Shown here: piece after piece, positions 51,845-64,000 of the stretch
Layout: every line of letters begins with the position of its first letter
Position numbering within the stretch: position 1 is the stretch's first letter
Assembly (NCBI GenBank): GCA_013239625.1
Contig: MU056000.1
Span: forward strand, 12,785,175 to 12,849,174
DNA from: Lama guanicoe
Taxonomy: Eukaryota
Direction: 5' to 3'
Length of the DNA stretch: 64,000 bases
Program-made: the position numbers and the translations under genes
Notes under the pieces: model-generated
What the model saw: the letters and a program-made list of their open reading frames with translations, nothing else
What the model was told of the DNA's origin: nothing
The model's database searches: none

Positions 51845-52507
51845 GAATGCTTAGTGTTAATGCTTGTCACTCAGTGAAAAGTGGTAAGCGTTGTTGCTTT
51901 GCTATGTGCACATTATCTCTGGCTATTACATCCTGTAATAATGTTTCATTGATGACTTATATGACATTGAAATGTGGTCATGAATTCATTTAATGACCTG
52001 CTTCATTTTACACTGAAATTTTGTTAGTTGGTTCTGAGCGTCTGCTGGTGAGGTTTGAACCCTTCCTCTCAGCACACAGAGATTTCATTACCATGTATAA
52101 AGATGTAGGGATGACTATTTTATGCAGTTCAATCCCTTGGATCTGTTATTCCAGTGTATGGTATTTATCATTTATTTAGTTTATTCTGTTTTTTTAAATT
52201 AATGTGCTTGCATGTTGGCTCCAGGGGCATTATGATGTAAAGAAACAAAATAAACTAATAATTCTGAGAACTCTCTTATTTCAGAGTTGCCTAATTAAAA
52301 CCAGTTTTGGAGACAGAAGTGAAAACTAATGATTATAATGCATGTGATCTTGGAGGAACACTTAAGATTCCTTGGGAACTGAAGAAGGTCACTCAGCTCA
52401 GACAGGGAGGAATTCCAGACAGTAATACTTGTTACTTTGTACATGAATATTGTATATGCATTTTGAAAAAATATAAATAATACAGAAGCATATAAAATCA
52501 TAACTGA

Positions 52508-52765
52508 AAGAATTAAATGTAATGGGGTTCCTTGTATTGGATCTCGGAGCAGAGAAAGAATGTTAGTGGAAAACAGATGAAATATATACAAAGTTTAGAC
52601 TTCAATTGATAGTGGTATGTCAGTATTGGTTTTTTAGTTTTGAGAAATGTGTTGTGGAAATGTAAGATGTTAACAATGGGGGAAACTGGGTGGGAGTATC
52701 CAGAAAACCTTTGTACTGCTTTTGTAACTTCTATAAATCTAAAATCATTCCAAAATAAAAGTTTT
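52508..52765 (+). mobile_element. L1MC/L1MD-like extreme 3' end
   Basis: aaatgtaatggggttcctt...gtaagatgttaacaatgggggaaactgggtg...taaatctaaaatcattccaaaataaaagt. Confidence 0.85.
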
Positions 52766-53104
52766 ATTTTTATTTTTATCTACTTATTTATTTATTTTTA
52801 ATTGAAATACAGTTGACTTACAATATTATATTAGTTTTGGGTCTACAGCATAGTGATTTGATATTTTTATAAATTATACACCATATAAAGTTATAAAATG
52901 CTGACTATATTTCCTGTGCTGTGTGTTACATCTTGTGAAATTTATTTTATAACCACCTGTCATGCCGTCACTTCTTTCACCCTTCTCCCTTGTAACCACT
53001 ACTTTGGTCTCTGTATCTGTGAATATCTTTCTGTTTTGTTGTATACAGCGCTGTGTGCTGTTACTTATATGTGGGATCTAAAAAACAAAACAAATGAACA
53101 AATG
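52766..53104 (-). mobile_element. Artiodactyl L1 3' end with 5' inversion (twin priming)
   Basis: Antisense ttaattgaaatacagttgacttacaatattat... to about 53046, then sense acttatatgtgggatctaaaaaacaaaacaaatgaacaaatg; flanked by AAAAGTTTT repeats. Confidence 0.85.
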
Positions 53105-53559
53105 AAAAGTTTTTTTTTAAGTGGACAAAAACACTTTTCCCCTTTGCTGATAGTTGGTCCATACTAATATAGTGCTCCCCTCTCCTATAACAATATAACT
53201 TTTATTTTCAGGTCAATACACACAAATCTACTTCATGTTAAAAATGCCTACAAGTTATTTCAAGATGTTAATTTACATATTTTAAAGTCATTCTGTTGAA
53301 TTGATTCCATTGTTTCTGCCTTAGCAAGTCATGCTACAAAGGGCATCTTTTCAAATATATCCTTGTACATTTATATGAACCTTATGTATAAAATAAATGT
53401 TTCAAATTGCCACAAGTATGAATATTAATATTTTAAAGGTCAAATTATTCTTCTAATGGTTTTTGGAATTTATAAATCTATCAATAGTATATAAGGATGT
53501 GTTTTTACTCATACTGTTACCAAACTGGATATTAACATTAAAAAAAATGCCACTGTATT

Positions 53560-54640
53560 TGAAAAAGTGGTATTTCAGTTGTGTGATGATGGAGGAATGA
53601 ATGCTAGCCATGCAGCTGGGAGAAGAGGGTAAGAATGGATAAGATGGAATCATGGGCAAACACAGGAAAGTACAGAGGGAATGCTGCTCTCAACATGTAC
53701 TTTTCAGAAAAGCTGGCATTTAGCATGGACTTGAGGGTCAACCTGAGGTTGGTAGTCATGAAATGTTTGAATCCATATTAAGGAGACAAAATGTGTTTCA
53801 AAATCATTTACAGTTTTCCAAAAGGGAAGAACATGCTCAGAATTTCATTTTAGAAAGATGTCTATGAGTGTCATGTACGAGTCTGTCTTAAATGGGGATA
53901 AAGCTGGAAAAAGGATAACTAGTTAAGAGGTTCTTGATATGATATGATACATATTAGCACTGAGGCATGGAAGTGCCTCTGAGAGAAGCATCAAAGACAG
54001 AAGCTCCAGAACTCAGCGGCTGCTTAGACCTGAAGGGTAAAAGAGGTGGAGAAGACCAGACTTTAGTAGACTAGACTCTCAGTTTTATTTTTGCAAAATT
54101 AGAAACTGCATGGAGAGACGCAGATTTGGGAAAGAGATGGTGAATTTTGTCTTAGAAACGTTCCATGTGAGATGCCTGTAGAACTCCAAACTGAGCATGT
54201 GCAGTGGATAGAGGGATGCAGTTATGCATTATAGGATGGTAATCCATCCACTAGAAACCAGTAGCAGAGTTCAAGTTGTGACAACAAAAAATATCTCCAG
54301 ACATTGCCAAATGCCCCTTGAGGGTAAAATAAAAATTCCCTGTTGAGAACTGCTGGACTGTGTGAAGTGAGAAGGAAAAAAGGTGATGATAGATCCCTGA
54401 GGAACATCGCTGTTAAAATATGTTAGAGAAGGAGCGTGGGAGAAGTGCCAGGTAGGGAGAAGCAGAAAAACAAACAAGAAATGGTGCCCTCGAAGACAGA
54501 GGATGGAGTGTGTAAAAAGAAGAAAATAGACATGTATGTCATATACTGATGCAATGTTAGTCAGTCAGAGACTAAAATTGTCAAGGATATTTGGCAATTT
54601 CAAGGTCACTTGTGACATTAACAAGAGTAGTTTTGTTGAT
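53560..54640 (-). mobile_element. L2 LINE fragment, antisense (interrupted by MER20)
   Basis: ttttagaaagat..., gcagatttgggaaagagatggtgaattttg...tgagatgcctgtagaactccaa, aggtcacttgtgacattaacaagagtagttt. Confidence 0.7.
54222..54355 (-). mobile_element. MER20 hAT-Charlie DNA transposon (partial)
   Basis: agttgtgacaacaaaaaatatctccagacattgccaaatgcccc...gttgagaactgctg. Confidence 0.9.
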
Positions 54641-55063
54641 ATCAGCTTCAGGTGCCACCTGGAACCAGCTGTTCTAAAAAAATCCGATAAACTATTAGCT
54701 TTTGAGTGATGGCCATCTCGTTGCTTTTCTTGCAGTTTTACTGACAGTTCTGTTAATTTTTTTCACTCACACTCAGTCTGGGTATTTCATTAGAGGATTA
54801 CTGAACTCTTTATATAGTTGTTTCTCCTGACCCCATTTTCAGATGAAAATTTTTAATAACTAAATACCATTTGTACTTTAAGGCAACACCTCTCAGTTTT
54901 TATTCTTTTATTGAAGTGTCTTCATTTTAAAAAATCCCAAGTTTGTGTCATGGTGCTAACTGGAGAAGTAGACCTTATCTTTTTGCCAGAGTCTTCTTTC
55001 CCCTCTTATTCTTGGACCAAATTTAAGTGACTAAACACTCTACTTTCAGGAAGAATTTGGTTT

Positions 55064-56089
55064 CAGCATGCTGGAGGTGACTGTCACAGGCTCATGATAG
55101 CTGACCATTAAATTTTCAGGAGTCTTTGAGTCAGTCATTAAACATGATCATAATTAGAAATTAAATTATGAAACCTCACTCTTAAATAATTTAAGACCAA
55201 AAGTAATATATATTCAGTGCTCATGTCTTTCTAATTATTTTACTATTATCTGTGTTTGTGAGGTTATGTTGATTGTATCAATATGGTTAAAATACCATAT
55301 AATGTGGTAATTCTAGGCATCTCTTCCCAACTTTGTATTCAGTGATACCAGGTTGGTAGCTTGAAATCAGCAACAGTCGGAAGTATTTACATCATGGGTG
55401 TTGGAAAAAAACTACAAATCAGAGCCTAAATATAAAGAGGGAGCTTCCAGACCTTCTCTGGGAACCTAAATGCATTCATCAACCTGGAGATCCCCTAATT
55501 TATTTTTGATATTCTAGACTTAAAAAAGTGATAGAAAAAAATGTTAGTAATGTCAATTAAACTTAAAAGTGCCTTGTATCTGTAGCTGTTACATTGTGAA
55601 TAGCACAATCTTGGAGAAAATAGTCTCCTGGTATCCAAAGACTATTATCCAGCCAGCAAAGAAGTCACTCAGAACCTTGATGAATGGGTGAAATTCCAGA
55701 TTCTTGATGAATGAGTGAAATTCCAGCATATGTCTATGTCATTTCAATGTCATCTTACTCATTAATAAACCAACATTTATATGGACTAATATTCACGAAG
55801 AAATTAAATTATCATTTAATTGATAATCTAGATTGGCCATACAAGAATTTGATAAAAATCAGTGTAAGCATTTTGTGAGACTCAATTGACTGTAAGAAAC
55901 TTGTAATAAAGAGTAATGTATATCTTATTATTTGCCAGTTGCATGCTATGCATCCTTTATAACAGGTAATTTTATAATAGATTTAGGTTTGTGTGTTTAT
56001 ATAAATATCTATGTCTACACACAAATATGTGTATTCACACATTTTTGTTTTCAGAAAAGTCAGTGATTTAAACATTTACCAGCATTTCT
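55064..56089 (+). mobile_element. MER63C/D-like hAT-Blackjack DNA transposon
   Basis: tgctggag...ttaaattttcaggag...catctcttcccaact...gttggtagcttgaaatc...ctacaaatcag...; 3' end ttaaacatttaccagca. Confidence 0.8.
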
Positions 56090-56928
56090 GTCTTATAAGA
56101 TTTTCCCAATTAACTCACAGGACTGCCTTATAAGGTTGATATACAATAAGATCTGAGGTGGATATACTTCAGAGTTTTCAGAAATTACTGCTATATGTTG
56201 ATGTTTCTAAAATTGCTCTCCTCTCTTCCCACTCACTGTCTTTGCCCAAAATTTTATTTCATCACATTTTAAGAAAAGTACTCCATCTCTCCTTTACCAT
56301 ATCGACTTACTGTAGAATATTTATCTTGCAATGATTTAGTCCATTTTTATTTTGTTAAATTTACCCTGTTTTCTAGGTTTATCTTTCTTAACCCTTTTCT
56401 CTGACACTAATGCAAGTTGTACAAATTTAATTGCAAATATTTACAGTCTATATATTTTGGTCTCATCATTGAATTTTTACTTTTTTTTCTGAATTTACCC
56501 TTCTTTTAAAATTTTCTCTGCTGAATCTAGTTTCTCTAGTCTCTTATTGTCATTCATGACCATTTCCCCAATTTGCAAGTGTTGTCTACACTGTAAACAT
56601 TCGTAGCTTTCATCCCAACTTCAGTGGAAGAGGTCAGCAATGATCTTTTGGTTGCTGAATATGATGGGCACATTCAGTGTTTCAGTGAGTTGGCTTCCTG
56701 TGACTTTGGACGCTGTTAAATGAAATCACTGTGAAACTCAAGAGTTTCTATAATGACCCTATTTTTTTCTTCATCCATTGTCAATTACTCTTCTTCTATT
56801 TCCTTCATGAAGTCACTTCTCTGGGCAAAATATCCCTAATCATACCCAGCCCTCACACCCTACTCCAATTGCTGTACTCTTATACTGTTATGAAATAGTG
56901 GTTTTTTTCTTTTAAAGTGCTTGTCATA

Positions 56929-57422
56929 TGCTACGGGTTGCACTGGGCACCCCCCTCCCATCTAACCCATATGGTGAAGTCCTAAATCCCCAGTACCTCA
57001 GAATGTGACCTTATGTGGAAATAGGGTCATTGCAGATATAATTAGTTATGATGAGATCATGGCTAAAGCAGGGCAGGCTCCTAAACCAGAATAACTGGTG
57101 CCTTATAAAAAGGAGAGATTTGCCCACATGCGCACACACATGCACATACACACACAGACGCACAGGTCGCATGTGAACATAAAGGCAAAGATCAGGGTGC
57201 TATGTCTACAAGCCAAGAAATAAGATCCTCAGCAAACCACTGGAAGCCAAGAGGGAGGCATGGAACAGATTTTCCCTCACAGAGAAAAGCAGAAACCAAC
57301 CTGCTGATTAATAATCTTGTCTCAGACGTCTAGCCTTGAAAACTGTGAGATAATGAATTTCTGTTTCTTGAGCCATCCAGTTTGTGGTACTTTTTTTTTA
57401 TGGCAGCAAACAAACTAATACA
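56929..57422 (+). mobile_element. MaLR solo LTR (MLT1C/B-like)
   Basis: gaagtcctaaatccccagtacctcagaatgtgaccttat.tggaaatagggtcattgcagatataatt...aggcatggaacagattttccctcacag...ccagtttgtggtac...aaactaataca. Confidence 0.9.
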
Positions 57423-60400
57423 GCATCATAAATTATACAATTATACAATTATACATTCATCACTGAGATTAATTCATATCTTATCTGCATACAGGAACAA
57501 AAGTTTTCTGAAAGCAAGGGTTGTGTCTATTTTATTCAGAATTATATTCCTTCCTCTTATTCATATGGTGTATAATAGATACTCAATAAAAAGTGATTAT
57601 TTAAATAAAAATCCTGTTCCTCAACAAAGTGTTTACTACTATAATGATTAGGAGAAATTTTGCTTCTAATTTACCTATCAGATTTTCTGGTTGCAAATTC
57701 AAGAAGATATAGAATTTCTCCTGCAAACCTGTCCTTGAGATGAGGAAAGAAAGGAAGACTCTTAGTTGAGTGAGATGCATGTATCTGATGATAGGGGTCT
57801 TTTATTTGGCCTTTTATTTTCACATAGGCTAAATTTACTCATTTTGGCCTTAGCAACAGAGTATGTGCAAAAGTCTGAGATAGTGGTGTGTGGAAAGTGA
57901 TGACAGCACCATATGGGGGATTGTGTGGTATCTGGATGACATGCCATATTTTAATGTTTAATTTAAGAAGCTCTGATTTTGACAGTAAGAGTTGGGGATT
58001 AAAAAAATAGATCTAAGAGGTAAATATAGAGTAGAACCATGTGATAATAAAAAACCTAATTGTTGTATGATGACCCATTATTTTCTATTTTATGTGTAAT
58101 TTTTTCACATAAAACAGTATTTCTTCCCTCTCTTTCACCTGATCTGCATTATAAGTGCATATTGTCATTTTACATGTGAGAAATCTGTCCCATTTTTCTC
58201 TATTTCATAATTTTCATTTTGGGTAACTGTTTATTGTTGAATCAAAAGATACTCTTTCTTAGTTATTTTTAATGTTATATAAATATGATATTTAAATCAT
58301 TATTACAACAGAGTTTTGGCCACAGATGGATTTATATAAATTAGAGCATATGGATTAGCATAAGGAGTAAGACAAACCAGAGTTCGTTCCAGAGAAGCAT
58401 ATGTCATCTCAGTGTTTGGTGTCACTAGCAATAGATAGATAAAACAAATTTGATTACAAAATATTTTTTTCTAAATATATATATGTTATCATATTTTAAA
58501 GCAGAATATTTTATTCATGAGCATCATTAACATATGTATTCATACTTCTGTGCTAATTAAGTTTGATTCTTTCCCCATCACCCCAGCATATCTATGTAAT
58601 TATGACATCACAGGTAAAAAGACATTTAAGCAATTTGTATAATAACATACTTTAATCTTTCATTAATACACAATTTCAAATAAGGAAGCATGCAAGTAAA
58701 TTGAATTTGATACATTTAGGAAAAGAATGAGAAAATTATTCTAGTAAGTACATGCATGCACATATCAATATTCATGAAATCATTGAATCAAATCACAATG
58801 CCTTGGAAGCTAATTTTTCTTTAAATTAATTAAAATTTTTGAATTTACAAGATAGTCCTTTAAGGATTTCAGTTTATGGAAGTTACGATAATTTGAGAAT
58901 CTGTAAAAATTATTTAAAACAAACAAAGTTTTTCTTGAATCTCATAAAGCCTTACATAACACACATTCTAAATATACATGAAACTAACCATGAAGTTTAA
59001 TTTTTTCTATTTCTAAGTGATAGATTAAGTATTTAGGAAATGCATGAAAATAAAAAAACCCTTAAAAAGAAAACCATCCACGCACTTAAATGTTACTAGG
59101 GATTTTCTCTTATATCATTTTAGGAGCCAGGATGACAAAATAAAACATTGTGCTCAGAAACGTTATCCTGGAATTTTAAAAGGGTAGAGACTAGAAAGAG
59201 ACACTTTTATTTAGGAAATCATTTAACAAATTTTAAGCATTAAGATACAAAACTCCCACGGAAAAATAGCAAATAAAGTGAATGTGTCCTCTGTAAGTCC
59301 AAAGGGTCCTTTGTTCTTTGTTATCACCCTAGAGCCAGAGAATAATGGTACCAATGAGGTGAGAAATACTGACATGGGTCACCAAAAGAAAGACAGCATG
59401 CAAACAAAATGAGGTCAGCTTGTTCACTGAGTCATCTTACAGTTAACCTTGAACTATTTAAGTTAAACCTCAGAACAGGCCACGGGTTTCAAGGAAAGGC
59501 CTGAGCTGTGCTAAATAAAACTGAACTTCTCTGTAGTTTTCATACTGAATTTGTTCATTATAAGATACCATCTCAAAGAGGCCATAAAAATAACTGTGCC
59601 ACATGATAACACATCAATGGTTTATAAAGGGTGGCAAAATGCCTTTGGTGTCCCTTGTGAACTCTTGTGAGGTGTTGATAACGCATTTATAAGATGGAAT
59701 GGAACACCACAAAAGCATTCTTTTCTCTTTTGCCTACTAAAAATTTTTTTTCCTTCCTCAATTCAGGAACAAAGTTAGAGAATAATTTTGAATAGCCTTT
59801 GTGGGACTTTCTTAGATGTGAGCCTGGCAGATCATCAGTAGAAGAAAGATGTTGGAACCATTTACAACTTTCTCTTGACTTCTCCCAAGCTGACAGCAGG
59901 TTGAATCTATCTGTCTAAGTGCCTGTCATTTTTTGGGAGGAAGTGATCAATAGTCTCCAAATATCTGTCTCCAAGATTTAGAGTCTGAAAACACTTTTGG
60001 GATGGATTTAGGTGGATCTAATCAAAGTACTGAGGCAAGGACGTGAATGAGGGCCTTGAAATAAAATTATCATGTTAGAGAGAGAGAGGGAGAAACATCT
60101 AGTATGTTGGATTAGGCAGGGAGATTGGGAGAGAAGAAGAGTTATTCCTGGTCAGGTCCTGCTGGGAATGTTTTATATGAGAATTAAAACGGCAGGTAGT
60201 CACAGTTGTGATGATACTTGGGGCTCAGTTAGAATGCCCTGGTGCCATCTTGTGAGTAGAGTTTACCTAAATAAATGTTTCGGTATCTGCCTTGTCTCTG
60301 CTATAAGAGGGCTCCAAGAAATTGTCCTGAATCTTTCTTTACAGCTTCCAACTTTCACGTATGTGGCGTATTTGAAAGAGCTTACCCTTTGGATTCTGGC

Positions 60401-60647
60401 TAGATTGCTGGGGATTCTTTTTGCCTCTTTTTAACTGAGAAACTGGTCAGCCCACCCTGGCCAGTTGAAGAACTGATACTTCTAGAACAAGGTGCCACCC
60501 AGCACGTGTGTTAGCTACAGGAGCAGGGCAGTTTTGTTGAGTTGCAATGCTTATCACAGGCACTGTTGGTCAACAACAAAAAAATGTTGCGTTTTGAATA
60601 AATTAGCAAGTTATTCATTTCAAACAGGAGAAAATACGCTAGAATTA

Positions 60648-60713
60648 ACATTATGCTGTACACCGGAAACTGATACAGCATTGTAAACTGACTATACTTC
60701 AATTAAAAAAAAA
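60648..60713 (+). mobile_element. Very short L1 extreme 3' end with poly(A)
   Basis: attatgctgtacaccggaaactgatacagcattgtaaactgactatacttcaattaaaaaaaaa. Confidence 0.85.
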
Positions 60714-63700
60714 TGGTTAAGAAGAAAGGCAGGGATGAAACAATTGTGTCATTAGAGGAACTTCAGTGTAACATAATATTTACATGGTTTGAAATTATTC
60801 AACTTTGCAAAAATATATGTAAAATGTGGCTCTCTCATGAAAAATGAATATTGAAAATTTTGATAGTCCCATACTAGAATTTGACTTGTAGTAGGTTAAA
60901 TTTCTTTCATTTATAAGCTTCAAATATCTATTCTTCAATTTTATACCAACAATTTGTCAATGTTCTGAAACTTAGTAGTTTCCTGAAGTGATATCTTACT
61001 GTTGTTTTTCTTTTCTTTGTAGGTAAATCCGAATTCTTTTGTCTAAAAAAGTGTTTCTCATAGATACTGAGCAAAAAATATGATCAACAATTATATTTTT
61101 TCTCATGTATGTATCTATCAAAATGTGTCAATAAGTTTACATTAAAAGAAAAAATAGAAGACTTTTTAATAAGCTTTCCTTTTTATATGAAGCTTTAGAA
61201 TGTTAAACTACACTGAAAAAAATGTATATGCATCAAATATATTTTCATGACCAGTTATCACCTAATCAGCATTAAGATGTATTAAAAATATCATCTCCTT
61301 GTAATGGCTAAATTGATATTAAACAATCATTTGACTTCAAAATGAAATTTTTATTCCCAAAATAAAAATGTAAACTGGAATTTGACACAACACTGTAAAA
61401 TGATTATAAATCAATAAAAAATGTTAAAAAAATGTAAGGCAAAGTTGATTCTAAAGAATAATAAATACCACTGGCACCAAGGAAATATTTTAATAACAGA
61501 TCAGCACATAAATACATATATCCATTTCATATGTTTAATTCTAATTCAGAACATTCACTTTTTTAGTGTAATACTGCTGTTGTCTTGCTGCTTTCTTGGT
61601 GTGAGTAATTGATCTGGGGGTTCTGGTTTGCCATCAGTCTAAGGGCTGAATGTGATTGGATGAACATGAGAAAAAATGGAAGAGAAATGGAAGGGGAGTA
61701 TTGACATAGACAAATGAAACATTAAAAAATGGGAGGATCATTATTCAGAAAGCAAACGCCAGTATTTCATTAGTTTGAAAGCTTTGGCTCTTAAGTCTTC
61801 AGTCAAAATTAGTTTAATTAGAAAATAACCTCTTTGGCAGAACTTCTATCAGATAGAACTCTACCTACAGCAATATTTCTAAATAATGACATTTCATATA
61901 CATTTATTCCTTTGGAGTTTTTATTGGTCATGAAAAACTTCAGTGCCTATTATAATATTCTTTTCCCCACTCTTTCTTTTTCCTTTTTTTTTTAAACAAA
62001 GTGCTCTTACCAAATAATCTGAAATTGACTCATCATTATCAATTTTGATAATTATGACCAGTTTTGTTCCTCCTAGGGATATTTGAATTTTATGGAAATC
62101 AAAACTTACATATTGGTAGTAAATTGTTGATGCTAGTCTAGTAGTTTTTTTTTTTTTGAGCAGTGTTCTCAGTATAACAGGTAGAATGAAAGTGTGCGTT
62201 TTGAATTGTTTATGAAGAAGTGGTGATGGGGTACTCTGGATGTGTTTCCTTTCCTACTCTTTGGTTCCTCTTGTCTGTGACCCTGCAGTTAAAGACCTTG
62301 ACCTTATAAGACATCTTCTACGGCAACAAATTTAATGGCCTCAGATGCTAATTGGGACATGGATATGAATTATAAGACTCAGGAACAAACCTCGAGTATC
62401 TTCCATGCATTGTATATGTTCATTACAAATATACTGAACAATTACATATTTGAATGAAGTGAAAAAATAAAATAACATAGACCAGCGACTTTCTGATTTC
62501 AAAATAATTCTAAACTGTTTTCATGAATAATAGTCAGACCCTCAGTGCAAATTCAAATTCTAGTTAGATTGTGAAGTTCTGACATGGAGGGAAGAAAGAA
62601 GAAGGTGTGCTGGCTGGGTGCTGTGGTGCGAGAAGTTGGAGGCTGGGCTAAGGGCAAGTGTACTTGCCTTTGAAATTTGAGTGTAGGTCTGCACCCTCAC
62701 CTGTGCAATCGGGGCTGTTCTGCCATCCATTCTGCTACTTGTCCCTCCCCTTCTCTCTTCTAGAGTTCTCCTGCCTTACTACTGAAAAGATTTCTCATTG
62801 CTGGGCACTTGCTTCCAATTCAGGAGAGCACCTGACTCATTCGGAGAGGTGTCATCCTCCAGGGGAATGGAGTTCCTCAAAACTTAGAAAACAGAAAGAT
62901 TGACACCACCATCCTTACAATGACATCTGTGTACATGGGGAAGATGAGATTTGTGCACTGGTTTAGAAATCAAAGTGTAATTTATAATACTTGTTTCCAT
63001 AGGAAAATGTGGTCTGAGGTTTATTTAGCTTCAAAGCATTTTTGGAACATGACATATTGGTGAGTTGGAGATAATGATTTAGAATTCAGATTTAAATAGA
63101 AATTAATTGACAGAAATGTCTGCAACTCTTTATACTATAGTCCAGATATAATTATTTTACTTACTTTCCTTCATAAGTGTACATTTAAATTAAAATAAAC
63201 AATACTCAAACATCTTTATTAAAGCAAATTTTGTCTTTATTCAATTGAAGAAAGTAAATTAAAAAATGTAACTACAAGAACAAAGTTCCACAGTTTACAT
63301 AAGCTTTTTCCATAGTCTATTATTATTATGGCCTTTAAATATATCTAAATCACAATTGCTGTTTAAAAGTTAATCAACATAGGACATTCTTACATTCTTG
63401 CCAAATTCCAAAACAGGGAAAAAACATTTGGGCTGAAAAATCAGAATATACATGTTCTAAAAAAACCATTTGTAAGTCATTTTCACTCCCCAATGCTTTA
63501 ATTTACTAAACAATGATTTAGGATGGCACACTGAATACTTAAGAATTATGCAGATTAAAAAATACTTAAAAACCAAAAACCAAAACTCCGGTGAAACCAA
63601 ATTCTGAAGGTAAATTGTAGTCAGCAGATTTTCTTCTAGTGTGAAATACAGTAATCCCTTCCCAATGCTGAGGTCATCATTCTATCCTTATAGAAGTCCC

Positions 63701-64000
63701 ATTGAATATGTTAAGCTGCATTAGAAAAATAGGCTAGAGGGTCAGTGACTAATTCTATAAAGGCAAATGGGGATATTCTGATTTTCACTCAAGTAAAATA
63801 ATAAATAACAAAATTAAGTGAATTTCAATACTACTCTCTGTACTGTAAAACAATAGGAAGTATGCTATGAATTTTAATTCATCTCCTCTTGGTCCATAGG
63901 AACTTTCAGAATTTTTCTCCCCCGAAGTTTATTAATGTGTGTGTGTGTATGTTTCATAATGTCGGTAATCAAAGTCTATTTTTCCTTACATTTACATCTC

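Overview
AT-rich, CpG-poor mammalian nuclear DNA, intronic or intergenic. It is most likely from a camelid (Camelus/Vicugna/Lama): it carries a tRNA-Ala(AGC)-derived Vic-1-type SINE and artiodactyl-type L1 3' ends, and I saw no Alu, Bov-A/BovB, PRE-1 or CAN-SINE. I could not support any intact protein-coding gene; the supplied ORFs are L1/LTR fragments or chance ORFs. The window is dominated by decayed L1, L2, L3/CR1, MIR, MaLR/ERVL LTRs, hAT/Tigger DNA transposons and microsatellites, plus one 40-N gap. Repeat family names come from recalled consensus motifs, not a database search, and old-element boundaries are approximate. The most notable observations are: (1) a possible highly decayed PNMA/MOAP1-like Gypsy gag relic at about 26.3-27.7 kb (by-eye alignment only); (2) a strong RFX X-box next to a CpG patch, Kozak ATG and splice donor at about 10.8 kb; (3) a tandem PBX-MEIS/AP-1 motif cluster at about 48.1 kb; (4) two twin-priming-type inverted L1 insertions, one with a hairpin junction; (5) several local duplications; (6) an assembly artifact at the gap. 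I found no well-supported novel biological system.
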